Assembly (NCBI GenBank): GCA_051439505.1
Contig: JBFRWI010000049.1
Location: 1 to 17,077, forward strand
Direction of reading: 5' to 3'
DNA: 17,077 bases
Origin: Hormoscilla sp.
GTDB taxonomy: Bacteria; Cyanobacteriota; Cyanobacteriia; Cyanobacteriales; Desertifilaceae
The notes under the pieces were generated by a model. The model was given only the letters and a program-made list of their open reading frames with translations. It searched no databases and was not told the DNA's origin. The position numbers were made by a program, and so were the translations under genes. Position 1 is the first letter of the stretch; every line of letters begins with the position of its first letter. Below, in pieces: positions 7,870 to 16,170 of the stretch.

Positions 7870-8049
7870 GTCTTTAATCCCTGGCCTTTTTTGTAACTCC
7901 CATTACAGCTTGACCGGGTGGTCTTGCACCTGTTGGCCTGGTGTTACCTGCGGTGGAAGTTTTTTCCGACGAATCTCCGGCTAGCACCGGTGAAAGACCA
8001 CCCCAGCAATCTTGCCGGTTAGAACCTTCGCAGTCAGTTGGGGGATGAC
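7870..8049. ncRNA. Candidate structured non-coding RNA (unassigned)
   Basis: 14/15 inverted repeat 7916-7930 / 7989-8003, plus nested and flanking stems. Lies between two divergent promoter-like motifs. No convincing ORF. Confidence 0.35.
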
Positions 8050-8078
8050 TTGTGAGATCGGGCGATCGGGTGTAAGAT
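8050..8078 (+). promoter_or_regulatory. Putative promoter of rpmI-rplT
   Basis: TTGTGA-N17-TAAGAT, 30 nt upstream of ATG 8108. Confidence 0.5.
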
Positions 8079-8107
8079 AAGAGATCCTGTCGAATAATAA
8101 CCGAGCC

Positions 8108-8305
8108 ATGCCCAAACTGAAAACCCGTAGAGCAGCTGCCAAGCGTTTCAAAGCCACCGGCAGCGGCAAGATCTTCCGCCGCAAGGCCAATAAAAATCAC
8201 CTGTTAGAGCACAAGGGTACACAGAGGAAGCGCCGTCTGTCTAAGAAGACTCTGGTGCATGAAACCAATGAAGAAAACGTGCGCTTGATGGTGCCTTATT
8301 TGTAA
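8108..8305 (+). CDS. rpmI: 50S ribosomal protein L35
   Basis: [21 protein letters not shown]...HLLEHK signature; upstream of rplT. Confidence 0.98.
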   Translation: MPKLKTRRAAAKRFKATGSGKIFRRKANKNHLLEHKGTQRKRRLSKKTLVHETNEENVRLMVPYL

Positions 8306-8427
8306 AATGACTGGTGACAAGTGGACTGGGGATAACCGGAGAGCCCCAAAACCCGGGGGGCTTCTAGGGGAAGATAGAGAGACAAACGGAACTAAGTGAC
8401 AACAAAAACTAAGGACAACAACTAGCT

Positions 8428-8787
8428 ATGTCAAGGGTAAAACGCGGCAATGTAGCACGCAAGCGCCGCAAAAAAATTCTCAAACTGGCAAAAGGATTTC
8501 GCGGATCTCACTCAAAACTGTTCCGCACCGCAAATCAAAGGGTAATGAAAGCCTTGCGGAATGCCTATCGCGATCGCCGGAAGCGGAAGCGTGATTTCCG
8601 TCGCCTGTGGATCGTGCGGGTAAACGCCGCAGCGCGTCAGCAAGGCATGAGTTACAGTCAGATGATGGGGAACCTGAAGAAAGCGGATATCCAGTTGAAC
8701 CGCAAGATGCTGGCTCAAATGGCGATCCTGGATCCTGCTGGCTTTGCAAAAGTGGTGGAAATGGCAGCCCAAGCCAAAGCCTCCTAA
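8428..8787 (+). CDS. rplT: 50S ribosomal protein L20
   Basis: MSRVKRG...AKGFRG...[21 protein letters not shown]...LNRKMLA signature. Confidence 0.98.
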   Translation: MSRVKRGNVARKRRKKILKLAKGFRGSHSKLFRTANQRVMKALRNAYRDRRKRKRDFRRLWIVRVNAAARQQGMSYSQMMGNLKKADIQLNRKMLAQMAILDPAGFAKVVEMAAQAKAS

Positions 8788-8850
8788 TGCTGTAGTGGTG
8801 ATGAGTTGTAGGATCGCCAGACATTGTTATGAGGAGTTAAAGTGTAAATT

Positions 8851-9678
8851 GTGGCTCCCAAATCGCAGACCTTTCATCAAATTACTGGCTTTCTGTGGGC
8901 GATCGCCCTGATCCTGTCTCAGGCAGCCGGTACCCAGAGGCAGCAGATCGCGATGGCCGCAGAACTAGAAGCGATCGCCCAGCGGGGACATTTAATAGTA
9001 GGGGTAAAGGACAACCTGCGTCCTCTCGGGTTTCGGGATGCCAGCGGGAATTTACAGGGGCTGGAAATTGACATCGCCCGGCGTCTAGCAGCGGAACTGC
9101 TAGGCAGTCCGGATGCGGTGAAATTGCAGCCCCTAGCAAATCAAGACCGGTTAGAGGCAGTGCAGTCGGGTACAGTAGATCTGGCGATCGCCGGAGTAAC
9201 CTCAACGGAACCGCGCTTGCGGGTAGTCAGCTTCAGCAGGCCCTACTATATAGATGGTACGGCCTTTGTCACCAAGTTAGGGTTCGTAGGACAGCTAGAA
9301 GACCTAGGCGGACAGCGGATAGCACTGTTAAATGGTGCTAGCACGATCGCATCGGTGCGGTATTTTATGCCCCAGGCACGACTGGTGGGAGTAGACTCTT
9401 ATCAAGAAGCCCTGGTACTGCTAGAATCTGGTGCAGCGGATGTCTTTGCTGCCGATGCCAGCGTGCTAGCTGGATGGGTGCAGGAGTATCCCCAGTACCG
9501 GCTGCTACCCTATCTGATTTCCGCAGAAGCCTTGTCTGTAGTCATGCCCAAAGGATTGCAGTATGATGACTTACGGCGACAGGTAAATCAGGCGATCGCC
9601 CGTTGGAAAGAGTCAGGTTGGCTGGAAGAACGGGCGAAACATTGGGGTTTGCCCGTACCCGAGTTGAATGGAAAATAA
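8851..9678 (+). CDS. Amino-acid ABC transporter substrate-binding protein (family 3)
   Basis: Signal-like N-terminus; RG.LIVGVK, G.LQGLEIDIAR, FSRPYY and G.ADVFAAD motifs. Position between rplT and ycf37 is common in cyanobacteria. GTG start approximate. Confidence 0.88.
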   Translation: MAPKSQTFHQITGFLWAIALILSQAAGTQRQQIAMAAELEAIAQRGHLIVGVKDNLRPLGFRDASGNLQGLEIDIARRLAAELLGSPDAVKLQPLANQDRLEAVQSGTVDLAIAGVTSTEPRLRVVSFSRPYYIDGTAFVTKLGFVGQLEDLGGQRIALLNGASTIASVRYFMPQARLVGVDSYQEALVLLESGAADVFAADASVLAGWVQEYPQYRLLPYLISAEALSVVMPKGLQYDDLRRQVNQAIARWKESGWLEERAKHWGLPVPELNGK

Positions 9679-9811
9679 AATTGAATTAAGCTGTCGTGCC
9701 GAGAAAATTGCACATTCTGTAATGATGTAATACAGGCGCTCAAATCTTTGGTAGCTGGAGATCTGAAGCTTGAAAAATAACCGCGCAGCGTTGCGAGGCC
9801 CTTCGCAATCT

Positions 9812-9860
9812 CGAACTACGAACTACGAACTACGAACTACGAACTACGAACTACGAACTA
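9812..9860. repeat. STRR-type heptamer tandem repeat (CGAACTA)x7
   Basis: Seven perfect copies ending 13 nt before the ycf37 ATG. Confidence 0.95.
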
Positions 9861-9873
9861 ATTATTGCCGCCC

Positions 9874-10401
9874 ATGGATAGTCCATTACCAATTATATAT
9901 CTGTCCCTATTTCTCGGTTTACTGGCTGTAGCCGCTTTGTTTGTGTTGCGGCAGATATTCAAAACTCGCAAAACCGAAAGTTCTCTAGGAAAGCTGCAAA
10001 AGAAGCTGAAAAGTGAGAAAGGCACCTCGGAAGAATATTATCAACTAGGGTGCATCTATTCAGACAAGAAAATGTTCGCGCAGGCGATCAAGCTATTTCA
10101 ACAATCCCTGAAGGTCGAAAAATTACCAGAACAAGAGAGCGCTCTAGTATATAATGCCCTGGGATTTGCTTACACGGCTCAAGAACAGTACGATCTGGCA
10201 ATTCGCCAATATAAAGAAGCCATTAAGGCAGTGCCGGACTATGTGACAGCATTAAATAATCTGGGGTATACTTACGAGAAAAAAAGCTTAACCGCTCAGG
10301 CATTAGAAGCTTATGAAGAAGTATTGAAGATAGAGCCCAAAAATGCCACAGCGAAAAAGCGAGCAGAATCACTACGCAAACGTTTAGCCCCCTCGAAGTG
10401 A
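9874..10401 (+). CDS. ycf37: Ycf37-like TPR protein (photosystem I assembly)
   Basis: N-terminal TM helix followed by TPR motifs (YYQLG, VYNALGFAY...QYDLAIRQY, VTALNNLG). ATG 9874 preferred over TTG 9865. Confidence 0.85.
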   Translation: MDSPLPIIYLSLFLGLLAVAALFVLRQIFKTRKTESSLGKLQKKLKSEKGTSEEYYQLGCIYSDKKMFAQAIKLFQQSLKVEKLPEQESALVYNALGFAYTAQEQYDLAIRQYKEAIKAVPDYVTALNNLGYTYEKKSLTAQALEAYEEVLKIEPKNATAKKRAESLRKRLAPSK

Positions 10402-10481
10402 AACAGAAGAGTAGGAGAGGGCATCTCTTTGGGTGGGCCGCACCCACTGTCATTCGTGGGTATTGACAATTCTCAATTTTC

Positions 10482-11237
10482 ATGAAGAAATTTTTGTTTG
10501 TCACCGACTTAGACCATACTCTGGTAGGGGATGACGAGGCGATGGCAGAACTAAACCAGCATCTGGCGAAGCATCGCAGGGAAGAGGGAACGAAGATAGT
10601 TTATGCAACGGGGCGAACCCGCCATTCCTACCAGCAACTGCGCAGCCGCAAGCAGCTTTTAGATCCAGATGCCCTAGTTGTTTCCGTGGGAACGGAAATA
10701 TATTTTGATGGCATAGAGAAAACACCCGATCGGGTATGGTCAGAAAAACTATCGGAAGCATGGAACCGAGAGGATATAGTGGCTACTGCTGGGCATTTCG
10801 GTGACCTAGTTCCCCAACCAGAGTCAGAACAGGGTGATTTCAAAATCGGCTATTTCTGTACTCGCGAAATGGCGGCATTAATTATCCCCCAGTGGGAATC
10901 TCTGCTTGCGGAAAGAGGATTAAGCTGTCAAATAATCTACAGTAGCGGCGAATACCTGGACATACTGCCGAAGAACGGTGATAAAGGTATGGCGATCGAG
11001 TTTGTGCGTCAGAAATGGGAAATACCTGCAACTTCGACAGTAGTATGTGGAGATTCAGGAAATGATATTGCCCTATTTAAAGTACCAGAAGTGCGGGGCA
11101 TCATGGTCGGGAATCCCCAGCCAGAACTGCGCCAATGGTATGAAAAAAACGCTGCTGACTATCACTACCAGGCAAAAGCTGCTTGCGCTGGGGGCATTCT
11201 GGAAGGTTTGAGGTACTTTGGCTTTCTAAGTAGTTAA
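10482..11237 (+). CDS. spp: Sucrose-phosphate phosphatase (HAD IIB)
   Basis: FVTDLDHTLVG, VYATGR, SVGTEIY, LDILP...KG, VCGDSGND and GILEG motifs. Confidence 0.9.
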   Translation: MKKFLFVTDLDHTLVGDDEAMAELNQHLAKHRREEGTKIVYATGRTRHSYQQLRSRKQLLDPDALVVSVGTEIYFDGIEKTPDRVWSEKLSEAWNREDIVATAGHFGDLVPQPESEQGDFKIGYFCTREMAALIIPQWESLLAERGLSCQIIYSSGEYLDILPKNGDKGMAIEFVRQKWEIPATSTVVCGDSGNDIALFKVPEVRGIMVGNPQPELRQWYEKNAADYHYQAKAACAGGILEGLRYFGFLSS

Positions 11238-11240
11238 ATA

Positions 11241-11867
11241 ATGATTAGTTACTTATTTGGCAAGGTAGCCCAAGTCCAGAAAACAACCCCTAATCGTGTT
11301 ATGCTAATTCTGGAAGTTAACCAGATAGGTTATGAAGTCCAGATCGGCAAGCGTCTAGCAGCAACATTGTCTCAGAGAGGGGACGAACAGGTGCAAATAT
11401 TTACTCATCTGCAAGTGCGATCGGAACAACCCGTGCTGTATGGTTTCGCCTCAGGGGCAGAACGAGACCTCTTTCGCCAGTTGGTGAGCGTGAGTGGGAT
11501 CGGGGCCCAACTGGCGATCGCCCTATTAGACACCCTAGGACTGGCAGATTTAGTGCAGGCCATTGTCACGGGCAATGTCAAGCAGCTGGCCAAAACCCCA
11601 GGGGTCGGTAGCAAAATCGCCGAACGCATTTCCCTAGAACTCAGGAATAAGCTGGCAGAATGGCGTCAACAGGCGGATATTCCCATTCCCAGTAGCGCCG
11701 CACTGGCACCGGAACTGCAAGAAGATGTGGAAATTACTCTTCTGGCTTTAGGCTATACTACAGAAGAAGTGGGGCAAGCCTTGCAAGCCCTCAGCCAAGA
11801 TACCCGGTTGCAGAAAAGTCCCGATGCTGAAACTTGGATCAAAGAGGCGATCGCCTGGTTGACATAG
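11241..11867 (+). CDS. ruvA: Holliday junction branch migration protein RuvA
   Basis: MISYL.G, GYEV, LYGF...ER.LF..L.SVSGIG, PGVG.K.AERI.LEL and L.ALGY motifs. Confidence 0.97.
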   Translation: MISYLFGKVAQVQKTTPNRVMLILEVNQIGYEVQIGKRLAATLSQRGDEQVQIFTHLQVRSEQPVLYGFASGAERDLFRQLVSVSGIGAQLAIALLDTLGLADLVQAIVTGNVKQLAKTPGVGSKIAERISLELRNKLAEWRQQADIPIPSSAALAPELQEDVEITLLALGYTTEEVGQALQALSQDTRLQKSPDAETWIKEAIAWLT

Positions 11868-11953
11868 TCAAATCTGGGCTTGACAGCAACAGGCAAAAGA
11901 ATGTGATATGATGAGAAGTTGCTGAATATGATAAATAGCCCCAGAGATAATCC

Positions 11954-12223
11954 ATGAGTCTACCGCAAGAGCAGAAACACCAAATAATGGCCGACTACCA
12001 GCGCCATGAAACGGACACGGGTTCGGCAGATCTGCAAGTAGCCGTATTGACCGAAAAGATCAACAGGCTAAGTAAACATCTACAAGCCAACAAAAAAGAC
12101 TACTCTTCCCGCCGGGGACTGTTGAAGATGATTGGGAATCGCAAGCGCCTGTTGAGCTACATTAAAAAGCAGGATGCCAACCGCTATCAGGCTTTGATCG
12201 GTCGGTTGAAAATTCGTGGCTAA
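11954..12223 (+). CDS. rpsO: 30S ribosomal protein S15
   Basis: HETDTGS..LQVA.LT.KI.RL..HL...KKDYSSRRGLLKM signature. Confidence 0.98.
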   Translation: MSLPQEQKHQIMADYQRHETDTGSADLQVAVLTEKINRLSKHLQANKKDYSSRRGLLKMIGNRKRLLSYIKKQDANRYQALIGRLKIRG

Positions 12224-12228
12224 AACCT

Positions 12229-12744
12229 ATGTCCCCAGAAAAAGAACGCGATCGGCTGCCATTTGAAACCACGAGTAAGCGCAAAAAAACCAGCCCAGCA
12301 GCAGAAAAGCCAGCCTCAACGGTAAAAAAGGAGCCGAAAAAAACTCCGAGATCGGCAGAAAAGGCAGCCTCAACGGTAAAAAAGGTAAAAAAGGAGCCGA
12401 AAAAAACGCCGAGATCTAAGGCAGACAGGGCCATCCCAGAAGCTGTCAGCAAGCGGATGGTGCGGCGGATGGCTCTACTGTCGGGCATCCCGACTGCCTT
12501 CGGCATGTTGACTTTTGGGGTCAGTTATGGTATACATGTCTACACCGAGTTCACGCTGCCCAATGTGGCGGTGCTCCTGACCAGTATGGGCTGTTTTGGG
12601 TTGGGGGTCTTGGGATTGAGCTACGGCGTCCTCTCAACCTCTTGGGATGAAAATGCACCCGGAAGTCTAGTAGGTTGGCCAGAATTCACCACCAATTTCT
12701 CCCGCATGACCGCTGCATGGCGGTCTGCCAAAGAAAAAGAATAA
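12229..12744 (+). CDS. pam68: PAM68-family (DUF3464) photosystem II assembly protein
   Basis: IPEAVSKRMVRRM...GIPT, FGLGVLGLSYGVLS.SWD..PGSL.GW.EF motifs. Usual position downstream of rpsO. Confidence 0.9.
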   Translation: MSPEKERDRLPFETTSKRKKTSPAAEKPASTVKKEPKKTPRSAEKAASTVKKVKKEPKKTPRSKADRAIPEAVSKRMVRRMALLSGIPTAFGMLTFGVSYGIHVYTEFTLPNVAVLLTSMGCFGLGVLGLSYGVLSTSWDENAPGSLVGWPEFTTNFSRMTAAWRSAKEKE

Positions 12745-12839
12745 TCCCCAAGTGGAAAATTGGAAATTATGATTAAACCCATAGGCGCTAGAGCGTCTGG
12801 GTGATTTCTTAGAACTAGGAACAACAGCAGGAACTGGAC

Positions 12840-13904
12840 ATGATTGTAGTAATGAAGAGCGGCACTCCAGATGTGGAGATTAGCCGCGTGAGTGAAGAAC
12901 TCGGTACCTGGGGACTGTCTCCAGAGAAAATTGTCGGCCAGCATAAGGTGGTCATCGGTTTAGTTGGGGAGACAGCCGAGCTGAATATCGAGCAGATCCA
13001 AGAAATTAGCCCCTGGATCGAGTTAGTGTTACGGGTGGAGCAGCCCTTTAAGCGGGCGAGTCGGGAGTTTCGCCACGGCGATCCTTCGGAGGTGGTGGTG
13101 CAGACCCCTGATGGTCCGGTTCCCTTTGGCGAAAATCATCCCCTAGTGGTGGTAGCAGGCCCCTGTTCTGTGGAAAATGAGGAGATGATTGTCGAGACGG
13201 CCCAGCGGGTCAAGGCTGCTGGTGCTAAGTTTCTGCGGGGCGGTGCCTACAAGCCTCGGACTTCACCCTATTCTTTCCAAGGTCACGGAGAAAGTGCTTT
13301 GGGACTACTGGCAAAGGCGCGGGAAGCTAGCGGTCTGGGCATAATCACGGAAGTGATGGATACCGCTGATATCCCCGTTGTGGGAGAAGTGGCGGACGTG
13401 CTGCAAGTGGGGGCGAGAAATATGCATAATTTCTCCCTGCTGAAGAAGGTGGGAGCCCAGGATAAGCCAGTGCTGCTGAAGCGGGGCATGTCGGCGACAA
13501 TTGAGGAATGGTTGATGGCGGCTGAGTATGTCTTGGCAGCCGGGAACTCGAATGTGATTCTCTGCGAGCGGGGAATTAGAACGTTCGATCGCCAGTATGC
13601 TCGCAATACCTTGGACCTATCGGTGCTGCCAGTGCTGCGCCGACTTACCCACCTGCCGATCATGATCGACCCCAGTCACGGTACGGGTCGTTCTGAGTAT
13701 GTACCGGCAATGGCGAAGGCAGCGATCGCGGCTGGTACGGACTCTCTGATGATTGAAGTCCACCCCAACCCAGCGAAAGCTTTGTCTGACGGACCCCAGT
13801 CTCTGACACCAGAAGGGTTCGATGAGCTGATGCAAGAATTGGCAGTGATCGGCAAAGCTGTAGAACGCTGGCCCCAACCCCAACCGGCTGCCGTGCTGGT
13901 TTAA
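12840..13904 (+). CDS. aroF: 3-deoxy-7-phosphoheptulonate (DAHP) synthase, class I-beta
   Basis: MIVVMK N-terminal regulatory domain; AGPCSVE, RGGAYKPRTSPYSFQG, GARNM, LKRG, LCERG and DPSH motifs. Confidence 0.97.
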   Translation: MIVVMKSGTPDVEISRVSEELGTWGLSPEKIVGQHKVVIGLVGETAELNIEQIQEISPWIELVLRVEQPFKRASREFRHGDPSEVVVQTPDGPVPFGENHPLVVVAGPCSVENEEMIVETAQRVKAAGAKFLRGGAYKPRTSPYSFQGHGESALGLLAKAREASGLGIITEVMDTADIPVVGEVADVLQVGARNMHNFSLLKKVGAQDKPVLLKRGMSATIEEWLMAAEYVLAAGNSNVILCERGIRTFDRQYARNTLDLSVLPVLRRLTHLPIMIDPSHGTGRSEYVPAMAKAAIAAGTDSLMIEVHPNPAKALSDGPQSLTPEGFDELMQELAVIGKAVERWPQPQPAAVLV

Positions 13905-13910
13905 CCTGGC

Positions 13911-14044
13911 GTTCGTAGTAATCACGAAGCGTGATTCCCAGCTAGGTTCGTAGTAATCACTTTTGTGATTCCGGGCCCGTTCGTACTAAGCATTTTACGG
14001 CTTCCGGGCCGCGCAGAGCAAGGACTAAAGTCCTTACTAGGAAC
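13911..14044. repeat. Cluster of GTTCGTAGTAA-hairpin REP-like repeats
   Basis: Direct copies at 13911, 13946 and 13979; inverted copy at 14021-14044 (AGGACTAAAGTCCTTACTAGGAAC). Confidence 0.75.
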
Positions 14045-14072
14045 CTGGAAAACGAACCTGAAAATATTTCCT

Positions 14073-14110
14073 AGCTGTAGGGTGGGTTGTTCCCCACCCT
14101 ACAGCTTTTG
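14073..14110 (+). terminator. GTAG-REP palindrome with T-tail, likely aroF terminator
   Basis: Perfect 14-bp stem AGCTGTAGGGTGGG / CCCACCCTACAGCT with 6-nt loop, ending in TTTT. Confidence 0.55.
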
Positions 14111-14157
14111 GTAAAATATACTATTATTAATTAATATACCTTTACATTCCTAGTTAA

Positions 14158-14436
14158 CTGTTGAAGTACGCTTCATCGAGTGCTAGCGAAGCATTTATTG
14201 TGGCAACGGAGCCAGGGATCATTCACCAGATGGAAAAACAGACCCCTAGTAAGCAGTTTATTCCTGCACCGCCAACGAACAATTGTGCTTGCAATGAATG
14301 TCCTCACATGCGGTTAAATACCTTGGAGAAATTGTATTTGGCAATGCGCGATCGCGCTCCCGAGATTACCATGCCAGAGAACATTCGAGTAGCCGCGTTG
14401 CGACCGATTCAGCGGATGTTAGAGATGAGCGCTTAA
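14158..14436 (+). pseudogene. nadA: Quinolinate synthase, C-terminal ~90-aa fragment only
   Basis: LLKY...[13 protein letters not shown]...[18 protein letters not shown]...AL.PI.RMLEMS matches the NadA C-terminus. In-frame TAA and AT-rich DNA immediately upstream; the 5' part is not in the window. Confidence 0.88.
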
Positions 14437-14675
14437 AATTATTTTGCAGACGATATAGAGGATGAACGGAAAACTCTTGAGTCATTGTTCATCCTTCATC
14501 TAGTTTAAGCTTCATATTAAGAGTCATTTAACACTAACAAGATCGCCTTCTTTAACAACAATTACTCCCTCGACGTGGCGATCGGGGCCGCAGCGCTACA
14601 AACTGCACCCGCAACTTGTGCCGCGATCGCCACCGGTGGCGCAGGGGTAGCCGCAATACTTCTCGGTTAATAACC

Positions 14676-14891
14676 TGTCATTGCGAGGGGGGCTGGCAAA
14701 TTAACAGCTGTGTTGACCCCTGAACCAATTCCCCGTAGCGCTCCTGCGTCGCGCACTTCGTAAAAGCGCAGCGGCTGCGCAGCAGCTAGCAATCTCACCG
14801 ACTTATACCCTTGCAGGGGATTGCTTCGGGGGGGGGGTTAATTCAATTGAGCATAAGTTGATCGCTACGTACCCCCCCCCTCGCAATGACA
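14676..14891. repeat. 216-bp palindromic element of the TGTCATTGCGA...TCGCAATGACA family
   Basis: Perfect 17-bp terminal inverted repeat (14676-14692 / 14875-14891). Inner AGCAATCTC / GGGATTGCT arms (14788-14796 / 14817-14825). Confidence 0.8.
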
Positions 14892-15001
14892 AATAAGATG
14901 CCTAACCGAGAAGTATTGGGGCCGTTTTTGCCGTTCCCCTAAATTGACAGAGTCCCACGAAGGATTTTCGATAAATAAAATGCTGATAAAAAGAAAATAT
15001 G

Positions 15002-15017
15002 ATAGAGTAATATCTAT
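15002..15017. promoter_or_regulatory. NdhR/CcmR-type LysR operator ATAG-N8-CTAT (autoregulation)
   Basis: ATAG-AGTAATAT-CTAT, 30 nt upstream of the LysR start codon. Confidence 0.65.
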
Positions 15018-15046
15018 AGTTAAGGCTCCTTTGAGGAGAAGGGAAC

Positions 15047-15985
15047 TTGAAGCAGGCAACACTCCACCAGTTAAAAGTATTTGAGGCGGCAGCACGCCAC
15101 GGTAGTTTCACCCGTGCTGCCGAGGAACTGTATTTAACCCAACCTACCATTTCTATGCAGGTGAAGCAGCTGACCAAAACCGTCGGCTTGCCGCTGTTCG
15201 AGCAAGTCGGCAAACGACTGTTTCTCACAGATGCTGGCGAAGAGCTATTTGATGCCTGCCGGGATATTTTTGACAGGTTATCCCAGTTGGAGATGGCGCT
15301 GGCGGATCTCAAAGGTCTGAAGCAGGGACAATTGCGACTAACGGTGATTACCACGGCTAAATACTTTGTGCCGCGCTTGTTAGGACCCTTTTGTCAGCGT
15401 TACCCCGGCATTGATGTGTCCTTACAGGTGACTAACCATGAAGGTCTGCGGTCCCGGATGAGTGATAATTTGGACGATCTGTATATTCTCAGTCAAGTAC
15501 CGGAAAATATTGACCTGGTTAGTCACAAATTCTTGGAAAACCCTTTGGTGGTGATGGCAGACTGCAATCATCCCCTAGCAGAGGAAAAAAATATTCCCCT
15601 AGAACGTCTGACGGACTTACCCTTTATCATGCGAGAACCAGGATCGGGTACTCGCACGGCAGTGGAGAAATTATTCCGCGAGCATAATGTTTCTGTTAAG
15701 GTGAGGCTGGAGTTGGGGAGTAATGAAGCGATCAAACAGGCGATCGTGGGTGGTTTGGGAATATCGGTATTGTCTAAGCATACCCTAGCCTTGCAATGTG
15801 GTAGTAGTAGGCTGACTATCCTGGATGTGGAAAATTTTCCGATCGAACGTTATTGGTATGTAGTCCATCCCAGTGGCAAGCAGCTGTCCATGGTGGCTGA
15901 GACTTTTATGAAGTATCTGTTGGATGAAGGAAGACAGGTAGCAGATCTGAACCAAATAAACCCGGTTTCAGTACCGACATTATAG
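15047..15985 (+). CDS. CbbR-subfamily LysR regulator (NdhR/CcmR or CmpR type)
   Basis: ATLHQLKVFEAAARHGSFTRAAEELYLTQPT HTH; TTAKYFVPR, MREPGSGTR and LGSNEAIKQ motifs. TTG start with GAGGAG RBS. The two paralog types cannot be separated by eye. Confidence 0.92.
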   Translation: MKQATLHQLKVFEAAARHGSFTRAAEELYLTQPTISMQVKQLTKTVGLPLFEQVGKRLFLTDAGEELFDACRDIFDRLSQLEMALADLKGLKQGQLRLTVITTAKYFVPRLLGPFCQRYPGIDVSLQVTNHEGLRSRMSDNLDDLYILSQVPENIDLVSHKFLENPLVVMADCNHPLAEEKNIPLERLTDLPFIMREPGSGTRTAVEKLFREHNVSVKVRLELGSNEAIKQAIVGGLGISVLSKHTLALQCGSSRLTILDVENFPIERYWYVVHPSGKQLSMVAETFMKYLLDEGRQVADLNQINPVSVPTL

Positions 15986-16170
15986 CCCGATCGCTGTTCC
16001 CCGATCGCGGCTTTCAGATCCGCCCCCATTTGCCGCACTACTGTTAAAGCGGAGTAGCTGACTCCAGCTGTTCCTTTGGCTATCAATTACTTGTGACTAC
16101 ACCCGATGCCCTGGTGTAAAATAAGGAATAATCCACCTTTTCCAGTCACCAAATCACCGGAGGTGCCACC

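Noticed and set aside
7932..7965. Glutamine (glnA) riboswitch-like GUUGGCC...GGUGGAAGU
   Set aside because: The P3 stem and closing GAAG(C/G)AACG needed for P1 are absent, and no nitrogen gene follows.
7870..8049. L20 ribosomal leader
   Set aside because: The structure lies upstream of the predicted rpmI promoter (8050-8078), so it would not be in that mRNA. Not fully excluded without TSS data.
13911..14044. Degenerate mini-CRISPR
   Set aside because: Period is only 33-35 bp, the variable parts are self-complementary hairpins and one unit is inverted, which fits REP clusters.
3695..16086. Numerous antisense or overlapping short ORFs within real genes
   Set aside because: Shadow frames of well-supported CDSs with no recognisable motifs.
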